Below are positions 50,766-64,000 of a stretch of DNA of 64,000 bases, one piece after another; position 1 is the stretch's first letter, and every line of letters starts with the position of its first letter. Both the position numbers and the translations under genes were made by a program. Under the pieces are notes generated by a model, which had not been told where the DNA came from, searched no databases, and saw only the letters and a list, made by a program, of their open reading frames with translations. Source of the DNA: Octopus vulgaris (Eukaryota); NCBI GenBank assembly GCA_951406725.2, contig OX597815.1, positions 30,008,001 through 30,072,000 of the forward strand, read 5' to 3'.

Positions 50766-53721
50766 ATGCAAACATCAAACTTCCCTTACCTCGACATTCC
50801 TGTGGCATCAACCCATCAATTATTGCCCAAAAATGGAAGATCCCATATATAGAGAGTTGGCTTGCCGAAACGGCACATTTCTTCCCTTTCTTTATCCTTA
50901 CCGAGACTCACCTGATCAACACCCATATGGACGCTGAGGTGAAAATAAAAGATTTCACCATTGTTCGTGCGGATCGCACAGACCGAAATAAGGGAGGGAC
51001 AGCCATCTTTATCCATGGCTCCTTTTCACTTGATGCCAAGGACATATTTTCCAATGGCTATTGTGAATCTGTATCACTATTCAGCAAGGCCAAGGACATA
51101 ATCATTGTTGGTCTTTACAGGCCTCCCCAAGCACCTCTAGAGTGCTTTGAAGAGTGCCTTAGCAAAGTCAAGTCCTTCCTTCGGAAGTACAACTCCGGAA
51201 ACATACTAGTGATGGGTGACTTCAACCTCCCTCATGTGAACTGGCCCACAAATACTCTGAAGTTAGGCAAATGCTCTACATCAGATAGAGCAGCAGCAGA
51301 ACTGCTCTTTAATCTAATGGATGAATACTTCCTGACTCAGCTAGTGCTCGAACCAACGAGACAGAATTAAACGATCTTGGATCTGGTATTGACCAATCAC
51401 TCTAGCTTCGTTCACAGTATTTCAGTTGAAAAAAAACTCTCCTCTCAGACCACGACATGATACTCTGTAATTTTAATTCCCGACATATAAAAACCAAACC
51501 AGCCAATCCCACTCCATGGCACTCATTTGACAACATAAACTTCCACAAAGCGGACTGGGAAGCAATCAGAAAGGATCTGTCTTTCATCGACTGGTCTTTT
51601 ACTCTCAATTCCAACCATATTGAAACCGCATGGCCGCACTTTGAAAACATTGTCACCTATACATGCTCTAAACACGCTCCCACGAAATCTACTAACAGAA
51701 ACAGAAACCGGCTCCCTAAAAAGAAAAAAAACACTCATCAGGCGCATCAAAAGACTCAACAAAAAAATCAGCCAATTAAAATATTCCCACATACAACATC
51801 CACATTCAACAACAATGAAAGGGCTAGAGCTGGAAAAACTTCATCTGCAGACCGACATGAAAACCTCCATTGAAAATCAAAGAGCTGTGGAGGAACAGTG
51901 GGTAATCAAAACATCAAACAGAACCCAAAAGTGTTCTATTCTTATGCAAGTAAGCATAGAACCACTGTCTCACCTATTGGGCCATTGATTGATGATAACA
52001 GCATTCACCAACACGATGCTAAAGAAATGGCAGAAATACTGTAGAAACAATATTGCTCTGTCTTTAGTGTTCCCACTGATATTGACGTAAGAGAAGCGAA
52101 CGAAGTTGACTCCCACCATAAAATCTCAGACATAACCTTCACTGCCACTGACATCATAGCAGCAATAAATGAGGCCAAATACTACTCTGCTGTAGGCCCT
52201 GATAGATTCCCCGCTAGTCTCCTGAAGGAATGTAGACACCAACTTGCAGTCCCTCTGACCAACCTCTGGAGAAATTCGTTAGACGTAGGTTATATACCGA
52301 AACAGTTTCTATCCCAGTCAGTCATCCCGGTTTTCAAACAGAGAAACAGATCCCTCGCACTCAACTATCGCCCAATCTTACTCACCTCCCACATCATTAA
52401 AGTGTTTGAAAGAGTGTTAAGATCAAGGATAGCTGACTTCCTGGAGATCCACAAACTCCTAAATGCAAATCAGCATGGCTTTCGCTGTGGCAGGGACTGT
52501 CTAACACAGCTCTTACACCACATTGAAGATATACTCAGAGCCTTGGGAACAGGTTCGAACTCTGATGTCATATATCTTGACTTCAGTAAAGCGTTCGACA
52601 GGGTAGACCATAATATCCTACTCTCAAAATTGGCAAATGTTGGAATCCGTGGAAAAGTTCTACACTGGATTAAGTATTTCCTGGCGAATAGAACACAACA
52701 TGTTGTAGTTGATGGAGTCCCCTCAAGCCCAGCAAAAGTCACCAGCGGTGTCCCCCAGGGGACTGTCTTGGGTCCGCTACTCTTCATAATTTACATAAAC
52801 GACCTTTCCAGTGTCGTACATTACTGCAAAGTGAAAATATTTGCTGATGACACTAAGCTCCAGCAAATCGTCAATGAAGAAGCAGACCGAACTCAACTCC
52901 AGTCTGATCTATATGCTGTGAGTCAATGGGCAGACAGAAACAAAATGCAACTGAACGAGGGAAAATTTGAGCTGATGCATTTTGGAAGAAATTCCTCACT
53001 AAAACAGCCATGCTCTCTTCCTTCATGGGAACTGCTCACAGCCTCTAACAATATCAGAGACCTGGGTGTAATTGTTGATGACGATCTCAGTTGGAGGGCA
53101 CACATCAACAAGACGTTCGATATAGCTTGTAGGATGAGTTCCTGGATCTTAAGAACTTTCCGGTCCAGAGAACAAGGTGTCATCATACCACTTTTCTCCT
53201 TTGTACGGCCACACCTCGAATACTGCTGCCCACTGTGGTCTCCCCATACAAGACAAAACATCTCGAGGATTGAATCACCCGAGAGGGCACTCACTAAACG
53301 AATTGAAGGCATGGCTGCTCTCGATTATTGGGATCGCCTTAAAGCCTTGAAACTCTACTCTCTCCAGCGTCGCCGTGAGCGGTACATCATTTGTTCGATG
53401 TGGAGAATATACCGCCAACTTTGCCCAAACGACCTGAACATTAGCTTCAAGGTTCATCCAAGATTGGGACCACGGGCCATACGTCCCCTGCCCAATTCAA
53501 GATCACAGCATACGTGTACACTGCAACATAATTTCTTTTCCTCAACAGGCCCTACTCTATTTAACATCGTCGCGAAAGAGATCAAAGAGGAAAAGGATCC
53601 CATCAACTTTAAACGGAGCCTGGATAGATTCCTTGAAGGAATACCAGATAAGCCACCCATAATTGGATACAACTCACCCGACAAAAACTCACTACTTAAA
53701 TGGACCATAAACAAAACTTGA
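50766..53721 (+). pseudogene. LINE ORF2 (AP endonuclease plus reverse transcriptase) with stops and frameshifts
   Basis: APE motifs LTETHL, YRPP, GDFNLP, LDLVLTN and SDH. RT motifs GPD, NYRPI, QHGFR, LDFSKAFDRV, GVPQGTVLGP, FADD and RDLGV. Stops at 51368 and 52042; frameshifts in A-runs near 51430, 51725 and 51910. Confidence 0.95.
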
Positions 53722-53921
53722 CTTAAACAGGATTCAAATAATCCTATCAGGCGGTGCTATTAAGTTAGACATAGCCTGGACCAATCTTTGGTCGAAACAT
53801 ATCTAAGTTTATCTAAGTTTATGGGTAAATTTGTATGTTTTGCTTTATGTAGTTATTCTCATGCATATAGTTGCATATCTAGACATGCTCATATATATTT
53901 AAATGATAAACCTCTGGAAGT

Positions 53922-54120
53922 TATGTATGTATGTATGTATGTATGTATGTATGTATGTATGTATGTATGTATGTATGTATGTATGTATGTATGTTTGTAT
54001 GTATGTATGTATGTATGTATGTATGTATGTATGTATGTACGTATGTATGTATGTATGTATGTATGTATGTATGTATGTATGTATGTATGTATGTATGCAT
54101 GTATTATGTATGTATGTATG
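53922..54120. repeat. (TATG)n microsatellite
   Basis: Direct inspection. Confidence 0.97.
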
Positions 54121-54951
54121 CTTGTAGGTAGGCAGATGATAGATAAATAGGTGAGCATGATAAGTAAGCAAGATGATGAAATGACAAATAAGACAACATA
54201 TTTATCAACTACGAAGAGAGGGCTCCTACTTTCTTCTTTTGAAGTCAATGGATCAGTGTTTTGCGACTAACACTTGATGTCACGAGGAAAATTGATCTCA
54301 CCATGTACACATCTGGCAATTTCAGCAAAGTCATCGAAAAACGACATATATCCATAGAAAGATGCAAATACGTGAAAAATACTCTGAACATCAGAACATT
54401 ACCAAAGTAGCAAAATAGATCCCAGCGCTAAAAGGGAATTGAAGAGGTATAGAGTTGAAGGATAAAGTATAGGTATCAGTGACCCTACCCCCTACCAGGG
54501 AAGTGGGAGAAGTGTTGATGAAAAAAAAAAGAAAAGAAAAAAGGTTGCATTCGACAAAGGGGGTTCGTATATGTAAATGTAAGTGTAAAAATATTCCCCA
54601 TAGCCGAAATGAGGAAGTGACTGATGAATGGCATTGCTTTTGTTGATAGTGAGAGTGGTGATGATGCTGGTTTTTAGTATGGTGTAAGACGGATGGTATA
54701 AGGTCTTCAAAGCTAGGATCTCCATAGATTTTTCCCTTTTCACAAACCATAATAGCGCTTTTACTTACTGTGTTAAAAAGAAATAGAGAAAGAGAAAGTA
54801 AAGATAGAAAAAAATTCTAATTTCTCTCCGTCGCCTTCAATACTCACTGTGTCTTTTTTTAAAAAATATTATTTATTTATTATCTGTATATTATTTATAT
54901 ATTTTATAAACGAATGGTCCCCGTTTCAGTGGCAAAGGTCTCAGTGCGTCA

Positions 54952-55545
54952 ATGTGTGTGTGTGTGTATGTGTGTGTGTGTGTGTGTGTGCCCGCGTGCG
55001 TGCGTGCGTGTGTGTGTGTGCGTGTGTGTGTGTGTGTGTTTGTGTGCGTGAGTGAGATTGTGAGAACGCCTGATATGCGTTCACATGTAATTGCGAAGAA
55101 TGTGTATGATGTGTGATTGTCTGTGTCTCCCTGTATGTATGTGAATGAGAGAGAGAGAGAAAGAGAGACTGAGACAGAGAGAGAGTGAAAGAGAGAGAAT
55201 GAGAGAGGGATAGAAAGAGAGAGGGAGAGAAAGAGAGAGGGAGAGAGATGAGAGAAGGAAGAAGAGAGAAAGAGAGACTGAGACAGAGAGAGAGAGTGAG
55301 AGATTGAGAGAATGAGAGAGGGATAGAAAGAGAGGGGGATAGAAAGAGAGAGGGATAGAAAAAGAGAGGGATAGAAAGAGAGAGGGATAGAAAGAGAGAA
55401 TGAGAGAAGGAAGGAGAGAGAAAGAGAGAAAGAGACAGAGAGAAACGGAGGGAGAGAGAGAGTGAAAGAGAGATAATGAGTGAGTGAGTGAGTGAATGAG
55501 TGAATGAGTGGGTGAGTGAATGAGTGAGCGTGTGTGTGTGTGTGT
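54952..55545. repeat. (TG)n, a ~350-bp polypurine tract with GAGAGGGATAGAAA units, and (GAGT)n
   Basis: Direct inspection. Confidence 0.93.
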
Positions 55546-55937
55546 ACGTGGAAGGAAGGCAGGGGTGAAGCATTCATGTAAAACTCAGTAAATCTGACAG
55601 TTATAACTTGAAGGGAAATACTTGTGGCAGATGCCTTGAACCATTTCAAGGAAACAGCAATAAAAGCAGGCCAAGAAACTGACAGTAACGACCAGTAAGA
55701 CGGAACCATTAACCTATACACATAAACTATTCTACTATGTACAAGACAAAAAAAGAGACCAATGCTTTCTAAAGGTAGTAGTAGTAGTAGTAGTGGTGGT
55801 GGCGGTGGTGGTGGTGGTGGTGGTAGTGGTGGTGGTGTACGAGTACGAGTAGTTGTATGAGGTGTAGTTGTAGTCGTAAATGCAGCAATAGTGGTGGTAA
55901 CAGTATTAGTCTAATTTGTAAATGTAGTGGTGGTTAA

Positions 55938-56010
<73 letters not shown>

Positions 56011-56145
56011 AGGTGGTTATTAGTAGTATTATTATTATTAGTAGTAGTAGTGGAGAGAAGCTAGTGGTGGTGGTGGTGGTGGTGCTAGTTTTCGCGATGT
56101 CGGTGGTAACATTGTTCTTGGATAGGACAGATTTCTGAGGCGATG

Positions 56146-56214
<69 letters not shown>

Positions 56215-56753
56215 CAGAGTGGAACTGAGGTTGATAAATAGATGCATACACGCACAGAGAGGGAGGGAGAGAAACAAAACTAGAGAGAGGGTAAGAAAAA
56301 CAGATCGAAAGAGAGAGAAAGACAGAGAGAGAGGAATATAATGAGGTGGGAGGGATATATTATTGATAGTTTACAAATTGTAGATGTTATGCATATAAAT
56401 TAAAAGGAAAAGAGAGACAACCGCGTCCTGTGCAATTTCCTCCTTGTCCAATTCTTTTTCTTCTTCTCCCACATCGAACTCTTTCTCTCTTTCTTCCTTG
56501 CTTACTTTCTTCGTTTCTTCCTCACTTCCTTCTTTCCTATATGTGTCATCTTTTCCTTTTAACAGTTTTCGATTTTAAATGCCAGTCCATTGAAACTGAT
56601 TGTATGAGATGCGTTAGGTATAATACGTATGTTTCTATAGGAATACATATACACTACGACCATGTAATATATATATATGTACGACTAATAAAAATATCTG
56701 TTATATATCTTTAACGTACAAGCGCATACGCAATCTATCTTTTCCTATCTGTC

Positions 56754-56867
<114 letters not shown>

Positions 56868-57031
56868 CATACATACATATATATATATATATATGTGTGT
56901 ATGTATATATGTATGTATGTATGTTTGTATATATATATATGTGTGTGTGTGTATGTATATATATATATGTTCATCTCTTCGTGTATTTCACGTTATTTAT
57001 ATATGTAAAGGTTTATTTTATTATATATATG

Positions 57032-57062
<31 letters not shown>

Positions 57063-57129
57063 GTAGATATAGATATAAGCACACATCTTTCTCTATATAT
57101 AAAGTTATACATGTGTATGTGTATATGTA

Positions 57130-57206
<77 letters not shown>

Positions 57207-57714
57207 TTGTGTGTATGTATGTATACGTATAGGTATATAAATACATACACGTGCAAACATTTACACACAAACATACGTATTCTTAATATGATCCCTCGCT
57301 GTCAAAATCTTTAAAAGCCATAAATAACGAAGCAGAAAATATAATTTTCAGATCGGTACGAAGGCTTAATGTTAAAAGAATATAAAATTCACGGCCATAA
57401 ACTAAAGGTGAAAAAATAGCTATTTTTATAACATTGTTTACTGACAAATATACACTTTTATATATATAGATGCTACCATATATGTTCATTCATATGATAA
57501 GAAAGCGGGTTACACATTCATGGCGTAACTATCTGATTAAATCCATATCTTAGTTTTACGCAGTGTCCGAGTAGAAATGCGCGAATCTTAAAGACGATCT
57601 GTAAGATAATTAGATATATGTACACACATATGTACGCACGCACGCACGCACGCACGCACACACATACACACACACAGAGACACACACACAACACTCACAT
57701 ATATACATATATTA

Positions 57715-58170
57715 TAGGCGCAGTCATGGCAGTGTGAATAAGTAGCTCGCTTTGCAAACAAGGTAATTTCGTGTTCGCTTCCACTCAACGGCAACTTGAG
57801 CAATTGTCATCTACAACAGAAGGTTGACCAATGCCTTTTCAATGAACTTGGGTGACGGAAACTGTATTGAAGCCCGTCATATACATATATACATAAATAG
57901 ACACACGCACACACACAAACACACACAGACATACATATATACACGTTTGTGTGTGTTTGTGTTTTAGCGTGTCTTCCACCGCTTGGCAATGTGTGTTAGC
58001 TTGTTTATTTTCAAGTAACTTAGCGGTTTGGCAAAGAAAACGATAGCATAAGTACAAGTCTTTAAAAGGGTAGTAGGGTCGATTTGTTCTACTAAAGCCT
58101 TAAAGGCGGCACCCATGCAGGGCCATAGACCAATGATTGAAACATGTTAAAGATAAACGGATAAAATAAA
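57715..58170 (+). mobile_element. SINE family B, diverged full-length copy
   Basis: AGGCGCAGTCATGGCAGTGTG..GACGGAAACTG..TAACTTAGCGGTTTGGCAAA..GGGTCGATTTG..AAAGATAAA. Confidence 0.8.
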
Positions 58171-58174
58171 GATA

Positions 58175-58554
58175 TCTCTCTCTATAAAGCTGAAGTTGTC
58201 TGTGTATGGCAGGTTTGGTAGCCTTCAACTAACACCATCTCCTCCGAGACCCTGCGGCGCAAGTTGACCAAAATTGAGAGTATGATAGAAGAAGGCTTGC
58301 TCTTCAAATCGGACCATGTTAACACCAAAAATTATTTACATGAAAAAGGTGCTTTTTTTTCTATGAAAATCCCTATTTTTTACGATTTTTTGACTGCTGT
58401 GTCGCCATTTTTCGGTGTATTTCGGTGTATTTCAACCAGAAAAATGTTCACTTAAAGAGAATAACAAGCTACATAATGCAAAATTTTTACTTTTCAAACA
58501 TTCCAATTCTAAACAATCGAAACAAACTCGACCAATGCTGGGCGATACTGCTAG
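58175..58554 (+). mobile_element. Non-autonomous Helitron inserted at a SINE B tail
   Basis: A|TC start and ACAAACTCGACCAATGCTGGGCGATACTGCTAG|T end; termini match 28461-28757. Confidence 0.85.
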
Positions 58555-59649
58555 TATATTATTAAAGATAGAGAGCGGAAATCCAGAAGTTCACTTCTGA
58601 ACCTTGTGGCTTCGGGTTCAGTCTTTCTGCTCGGCATCTTGGATGTAAAACTAGTCGTGAGACTCCTATAATTTTTGTGTTACATCCACAATTAAGGTTG
58701 TTATGAGCAAAAAACTTGCAGATCTTTATCTATATGTGACGGTTCTGAAGTATTATTCTTTGTCGTCAGTTTAAGAGGAATTGGTGGAATTTCCTATATT
58801 TTCATCTGTATTCTGCCCTTTTCTAATAGTATCATCTCATCTTTATATCTATTATTCTGTATGGGACACTATCAGTTTAATTACATTATTCACTATGACT
58901 TCTTCAAATCCTTCATAATTTGTAAGTTGCACAATATCAAATGTTGACTTTCTGTCTGTGGAAAACTTAGAAGATGAAAGTGTGAAGTAGAGCTGGTGGT
59001 GGTACTCTATGATCACAAATAGTTGAGGGGTACTTCATCCCCAGCAGCTCTGACATGAGCCGTAAAAACTCTATACACGCATACGCGCACACAGTCACAC
59101 TCATCTACATACACGCACGCACAATGCATACACAAACGCACACATGCACATACAAACACACATTTCTGTTGACGTACTGCATAGGACGCTACAGACATTG
59201 CTATCACGCTGACACTACAACCGTCGTTTCCAAATGATTATTCAAAAGTTGGTAATGGTAGTGGTGGGGGTATCGTTGGTCGTTGCTGTGGTGATACTTT
59301 TCTTGCTAATTGTACTGTCGTCGTTGCTTTGTCTCAAGCAAATCTTCATTGATCTAAGACGAAGTGCATTTCATTCAAATTTAAAATATACTAGTATACA
59401 TCATTATTTCGTGATTGATTTTATAATTTAGATGAAGTTGCTTATCTTGTTCATATTGTTTTGTTGTGGGTGTTGGTCGTTGGGGAGTTGGTGCTGATTG
59501 TGATACTGTTGATGAAAGACTGTAGTGGTGGTGAAGAATGTTTGGCTGCGTCATCTATTCCTCGGGGTTTATGAATTGTCGATGTAACAAAAAATTGCAT
59601 AATTTCTAGTACTGCGTAAAGACCACACAGCATATACAGACATACGTAC

Positions 59650-59842
59650 ACTCTTTTACTCTTTTACTTATTTCAGTCATTTCACTGAGGCCATGCTGGA
59701 GCACCGCCTTTAGTCCAGCAAATCGACCATGGGACTTATTCTTTGTAAGCCTAGTACTTATTCTATCGATTTCTTTTGCCGAACTGCTAAATGACGGGGA
59801 TATAAACACACCAGCATCGGTTGTCGAGTATTGCTAGAGAGA

Positions 59843-59924
<82 letters not shown>

Positions 59925-60087
59925 CATATATACGACGTGCTTCTTTCAGTTTCCGTCTACCAAATCCACTCACAAGGCTTTGGTCGGCCCGAGGCTATAG
60001 TAGAAGACACTTGCCCAAGGTGCCGCACAGTGGGACTGAACCCAGAATCATGTAGCTGGTAAGCAAGCTACTTACCACACAGCCACT
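59650..60087 (-). mobile_element. SINE family B, near full-length
   Basis: Reverse complement of the 28935 copy with an expanded (CA)n tract. Confidence 0.92.
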
Positions 60088-60244
60088 ATAAATAACAAAC
60101 ATATATAAAAAAACATTAACTAAATAGTAGATGCTTGGGGATTTGGAAATATGTGGATGCACATTGTGTTCACTACATCACCTAATACAGAAAGTTTGGT
60201 AAAGATAAAAATGTGCTACTATGGTTACATAACATATCCAGGGT

Positions 60245-60666
60245 GGGATCTTTTCGGTTTGAACGGCAGCTTTTAACATAATTTCTAGGTAACTAAGAAA
60301 TGTTAAACTTCGTATACTGGTAGAATGTGTTTATAAAACATCTTTTTCTCTTGGCTTTATTGAAAAAATTCTATAGTTTGTAAGATATTTGTTGTTTTTT
60401 TCTTCAATTTCTGCAATTTCAACCAATCACTGACGTCCATTGAGGTAAACAACATTCTGTGCCGTATGAATATGTCCCTCGTTTAAGAAACAGATTGGGT
60501 TTATTTACATTTGTGAAGAAAAAAAAGATACCCTTCTCCCACCCCTAACCCTAACTAACCCTAAAATAGATTGAAATGCAATAGATCGATACTAGGGTCA
60601 AAATTATGGGTTACAATTTCATATGACACCGCTAGAAAAAATTGCCGTTCAAACCGAAAAGATCCC
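60245..60666. mobile_element. MITE with perfect 24-bp TIRs and a 6-bp TSD
   Basis: GGGATCTTTTCGGTTTGAACGGCA / TGCCGTTCAAACCGAAAAGATCCC. TSD CAGGGT at 60239-60244 and 60667-60672; internal CCCTAA-like repeats at 60543-60564. Confidence 0.92.
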
Positions 60667-61403
60667 CAGGGTGCACTAAATGGGAATACAATTTGATGAA
60701 ATATAAAATATAAAATAATTATTATGTATATGAAGTAGATGTACATTAGTTTCGGTAGCATTTAATACTTGCCGTTGTGATAATATACTAAACAAACGCC
60801 CAGTAAACGAATCCCTGCGATTAACGGCTTGATCTTGTATATTTAAGCAGGTTTGAAAGAAAAATAATTAAAGAGGGCTTCAGTGCACCTAAATGAAATG
60901 AAGTTTAGTGAAGTCGAAATGTTGATCTTTCGTTTCAGGTTCCTTTCCACGTACACATTTTATTTCTTCTTGATATTAAACTACAATTATTTTAGATTTA
61001 AGCTTTAATGTACGAAACGTTGAATTAATTGATACGTTTTGCTCTTTGGTCTATAATGTAATTTTTCGTTGCGACTAATTTATATTTTATTGTATTTTTG
61101 AAGAAGCACAGAGAAGCCCCACCAACCATTTTAAATCAACAACGAAAACAAATAAACCAACGTCTAACAGAATATTCTGAAGGTTGTGCTAATCGTTTAG
61201 CAGTCATTAGTGAAAATACATGACCTAGAGTTAACAGGTTTAGTGTTAGGGGGGAAGCTATACGTCTCTTGTGTTAAATTAACTGCTGTGATATCTTATA
61301 GGGATATTTTGAACACAAAAGTTCAAGAATTACTTCTCTCTTTACATACAGTTCTTCGCTGTCAAAACTTCATCTAAGTTAATTGATAGCATAATAATTT
61401 CGT

Positions 61404-61466
<63 letters not shown>

Positions 61467-61516
61467 CTTCCCTTTTCGTTTTAGTGTGTTTTATGTTCAT
61501 TAAGTTTGAATTTTGA

Positions 61517-61616
<100 letters not shown>

Positions 61617-62004
61617 GTCTCGCGAAAGATTCAATAAAAGATGGGTGAATGTTGCAAAGATGGTGCGTGCTAGTAACGAAACCATTTTGAGCATGATCCT
61701 GTAGATCGTAAAAAAGAAAGAAAGAGAGCATTTTTGATCTCATGTGGTTATTTCCTCCCTGACTGGGGTTCCCGTGGTCTTTTCTGTAGGCTTTTCTTCC
61801 CACGGATGAACCCAATCTTGTTATATCAATGTTTACATCCTTATTTCTGTGATACACGATTTCCTTTTTTTTCCTTTTTTTCCTCCTCTCGATCCCTTTT
61901 GATCGCAATCTTACATTTTTATTTTTTTCCACCCTCGAAAAGAAAAGCTCTGCATTTGTATTTGTCCCCTCTGTATTCAGCCCTGTGTGGCTAATAAAAG
62001 AAAG
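61617..62004 (+). mobile_element. Tx1-clade LINE 3' end, subfamily 2, in (TATC)n
   Basis: SRERFNKRWVNVAKMVRASNETILSMIL* parallels SSECFKKRWVNVARMARMNDEATLSIVL* of the next copy, and the tail is shared. Confidence 0.88.
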
Positions 62005-62007
62005 TTA

Positions 62008-62064
<57 letters not shown>

Positions 62065-62071
62065 ATGTATG

Positions 62072-63309
<1,238 letters not shown>

Positions 63310-63324
63310 CCTGTCTGTCTGTCT

Positions 63325-63385
63325 AAAGCTCTACCTTGTATTTTGTTCTATCTGTGTGCAGCCCTGTGTGGCTAATAAAGAAACA

Positions 63386-63386
<1 letters not shown>
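63325..63386 (+). mobile_element. ~60-bp Tx1 tail-only copy in (TATC)n
   Basis: Matches 63059-63120 with one mismatch. Confidence 0.88.
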
Positions 63387-63468
<82 letters not shown>

Positions 63469-64000
63469 TTCTCCGTCTGTCTGTATGTCTCCCTGCCTAC
63501 CTACCTACCTGCCTAGCTGTCTGTCAGTTTCTTAGTCTGCCTGTCTGCCTGTCTGTTAGCCTGCTTGTCTGTCTATCTGTTTGTCTGCCTGCCTGCCCTT
63601 CTGCCTCTCTTTCTCTCTTTCTCTCTATTTATTGTTTTTCTAATTTTCTTTCTTCATTCCTTCCTTCCACCCTTTCTTTCTTTTTTTCCTTTCTCTCTCT
63701 CTCTTTCTTCCATTCTTCTCTTTTCCCTTTCTCCATCCGTTTGCAGTGTTGTCTCTTATGATTTTACTTTATATCTTTAACAACTCCTATTTTCTCTCAC
63801 TCATTCAAAGATATGTTTATTGTTTCATTATTACATACGTTCATTCATTTGTATTTCGTTCGTAAATAAATTATTTCATTTATTATTACATTTACGTCCC
63901 TTCATTCTTCCATTCATCAATCCATATTCTCTCATTTTCGCACTTTCATATCTATCTACTTGCTCTCCCTCCCTCTCTCTCTCTCTCTCTCTCTATTTTT

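Larger units (their letters stand above)
49100..53822 (+). mobile_element. Near full-length CR1-group (CR1/L2/Crack-like) LINE, inactivated
   Basis: ORF1 followed by an APE-RT ORF2, a short 3' UTR with hairpin GACCAA-tct-TTGGTC, and an (ATCTAAGTTT)2 tail. The 5' boundary is approximate and no TSD was found. Confidence 0.9.

Noticed and set aside
52470-53714. Minus-strand ORFs within the LINE
   Set aside because: They are antisense shadows of the RT frame with no recognisable motifs.
53775-53805. Hammerhead at the CR1-group LINE 3' end (hairpin followed by GAAAC)
   Set aside because: There is no CTGANGA or TTGANAA core upstream; treated as an ordinary LINE 3' stem-loop.
60543-60564. Telomere or chromosome fusion relic
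   Set aside because: Only about three imperfect units, and they lie inside a TIR-bounded element.

Overview
AT-rich, microsatellite-saturated animal DNA. The repeat inventory strongly resembles an octopus/coleoid cephalopod genome (inference from recognised repeat families, not from a search). No host protein-coding exon or genuine RNA gene could be supported; almost all track ORFs are microsatellite translations. Real coding remnants are all retroelements: a near full-length decayed CR1-group LINE with a tandem-CCCH ORF1 (~49.1-53.8 kb), Tx1-clade LINE 3' ends stacked in a (TATC)n array (61.6-63.4 kb) plus an older copy and an ORF1-only derivative, a Dong/R4 RT fragment abutting (TAA)n, and Penelope-like (PLE) RT and GIY-YIG fragments. 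Non-coding mobile DNA includes four tRNA-derived SINE groups, three Helitron-like elements and three TIR MITEs. The most striking unexplained structure is a series of short fold-back (palindromic) inserts inside microsatellites; several carry hammerhead-ribozyme-like cores with the fold-back axis at or inside the core. A second highlight is a SINE 3' tail that matches the Tx1 LINE tail, with a covarying stem-loop. All alignments, translations and folds were done by eye.
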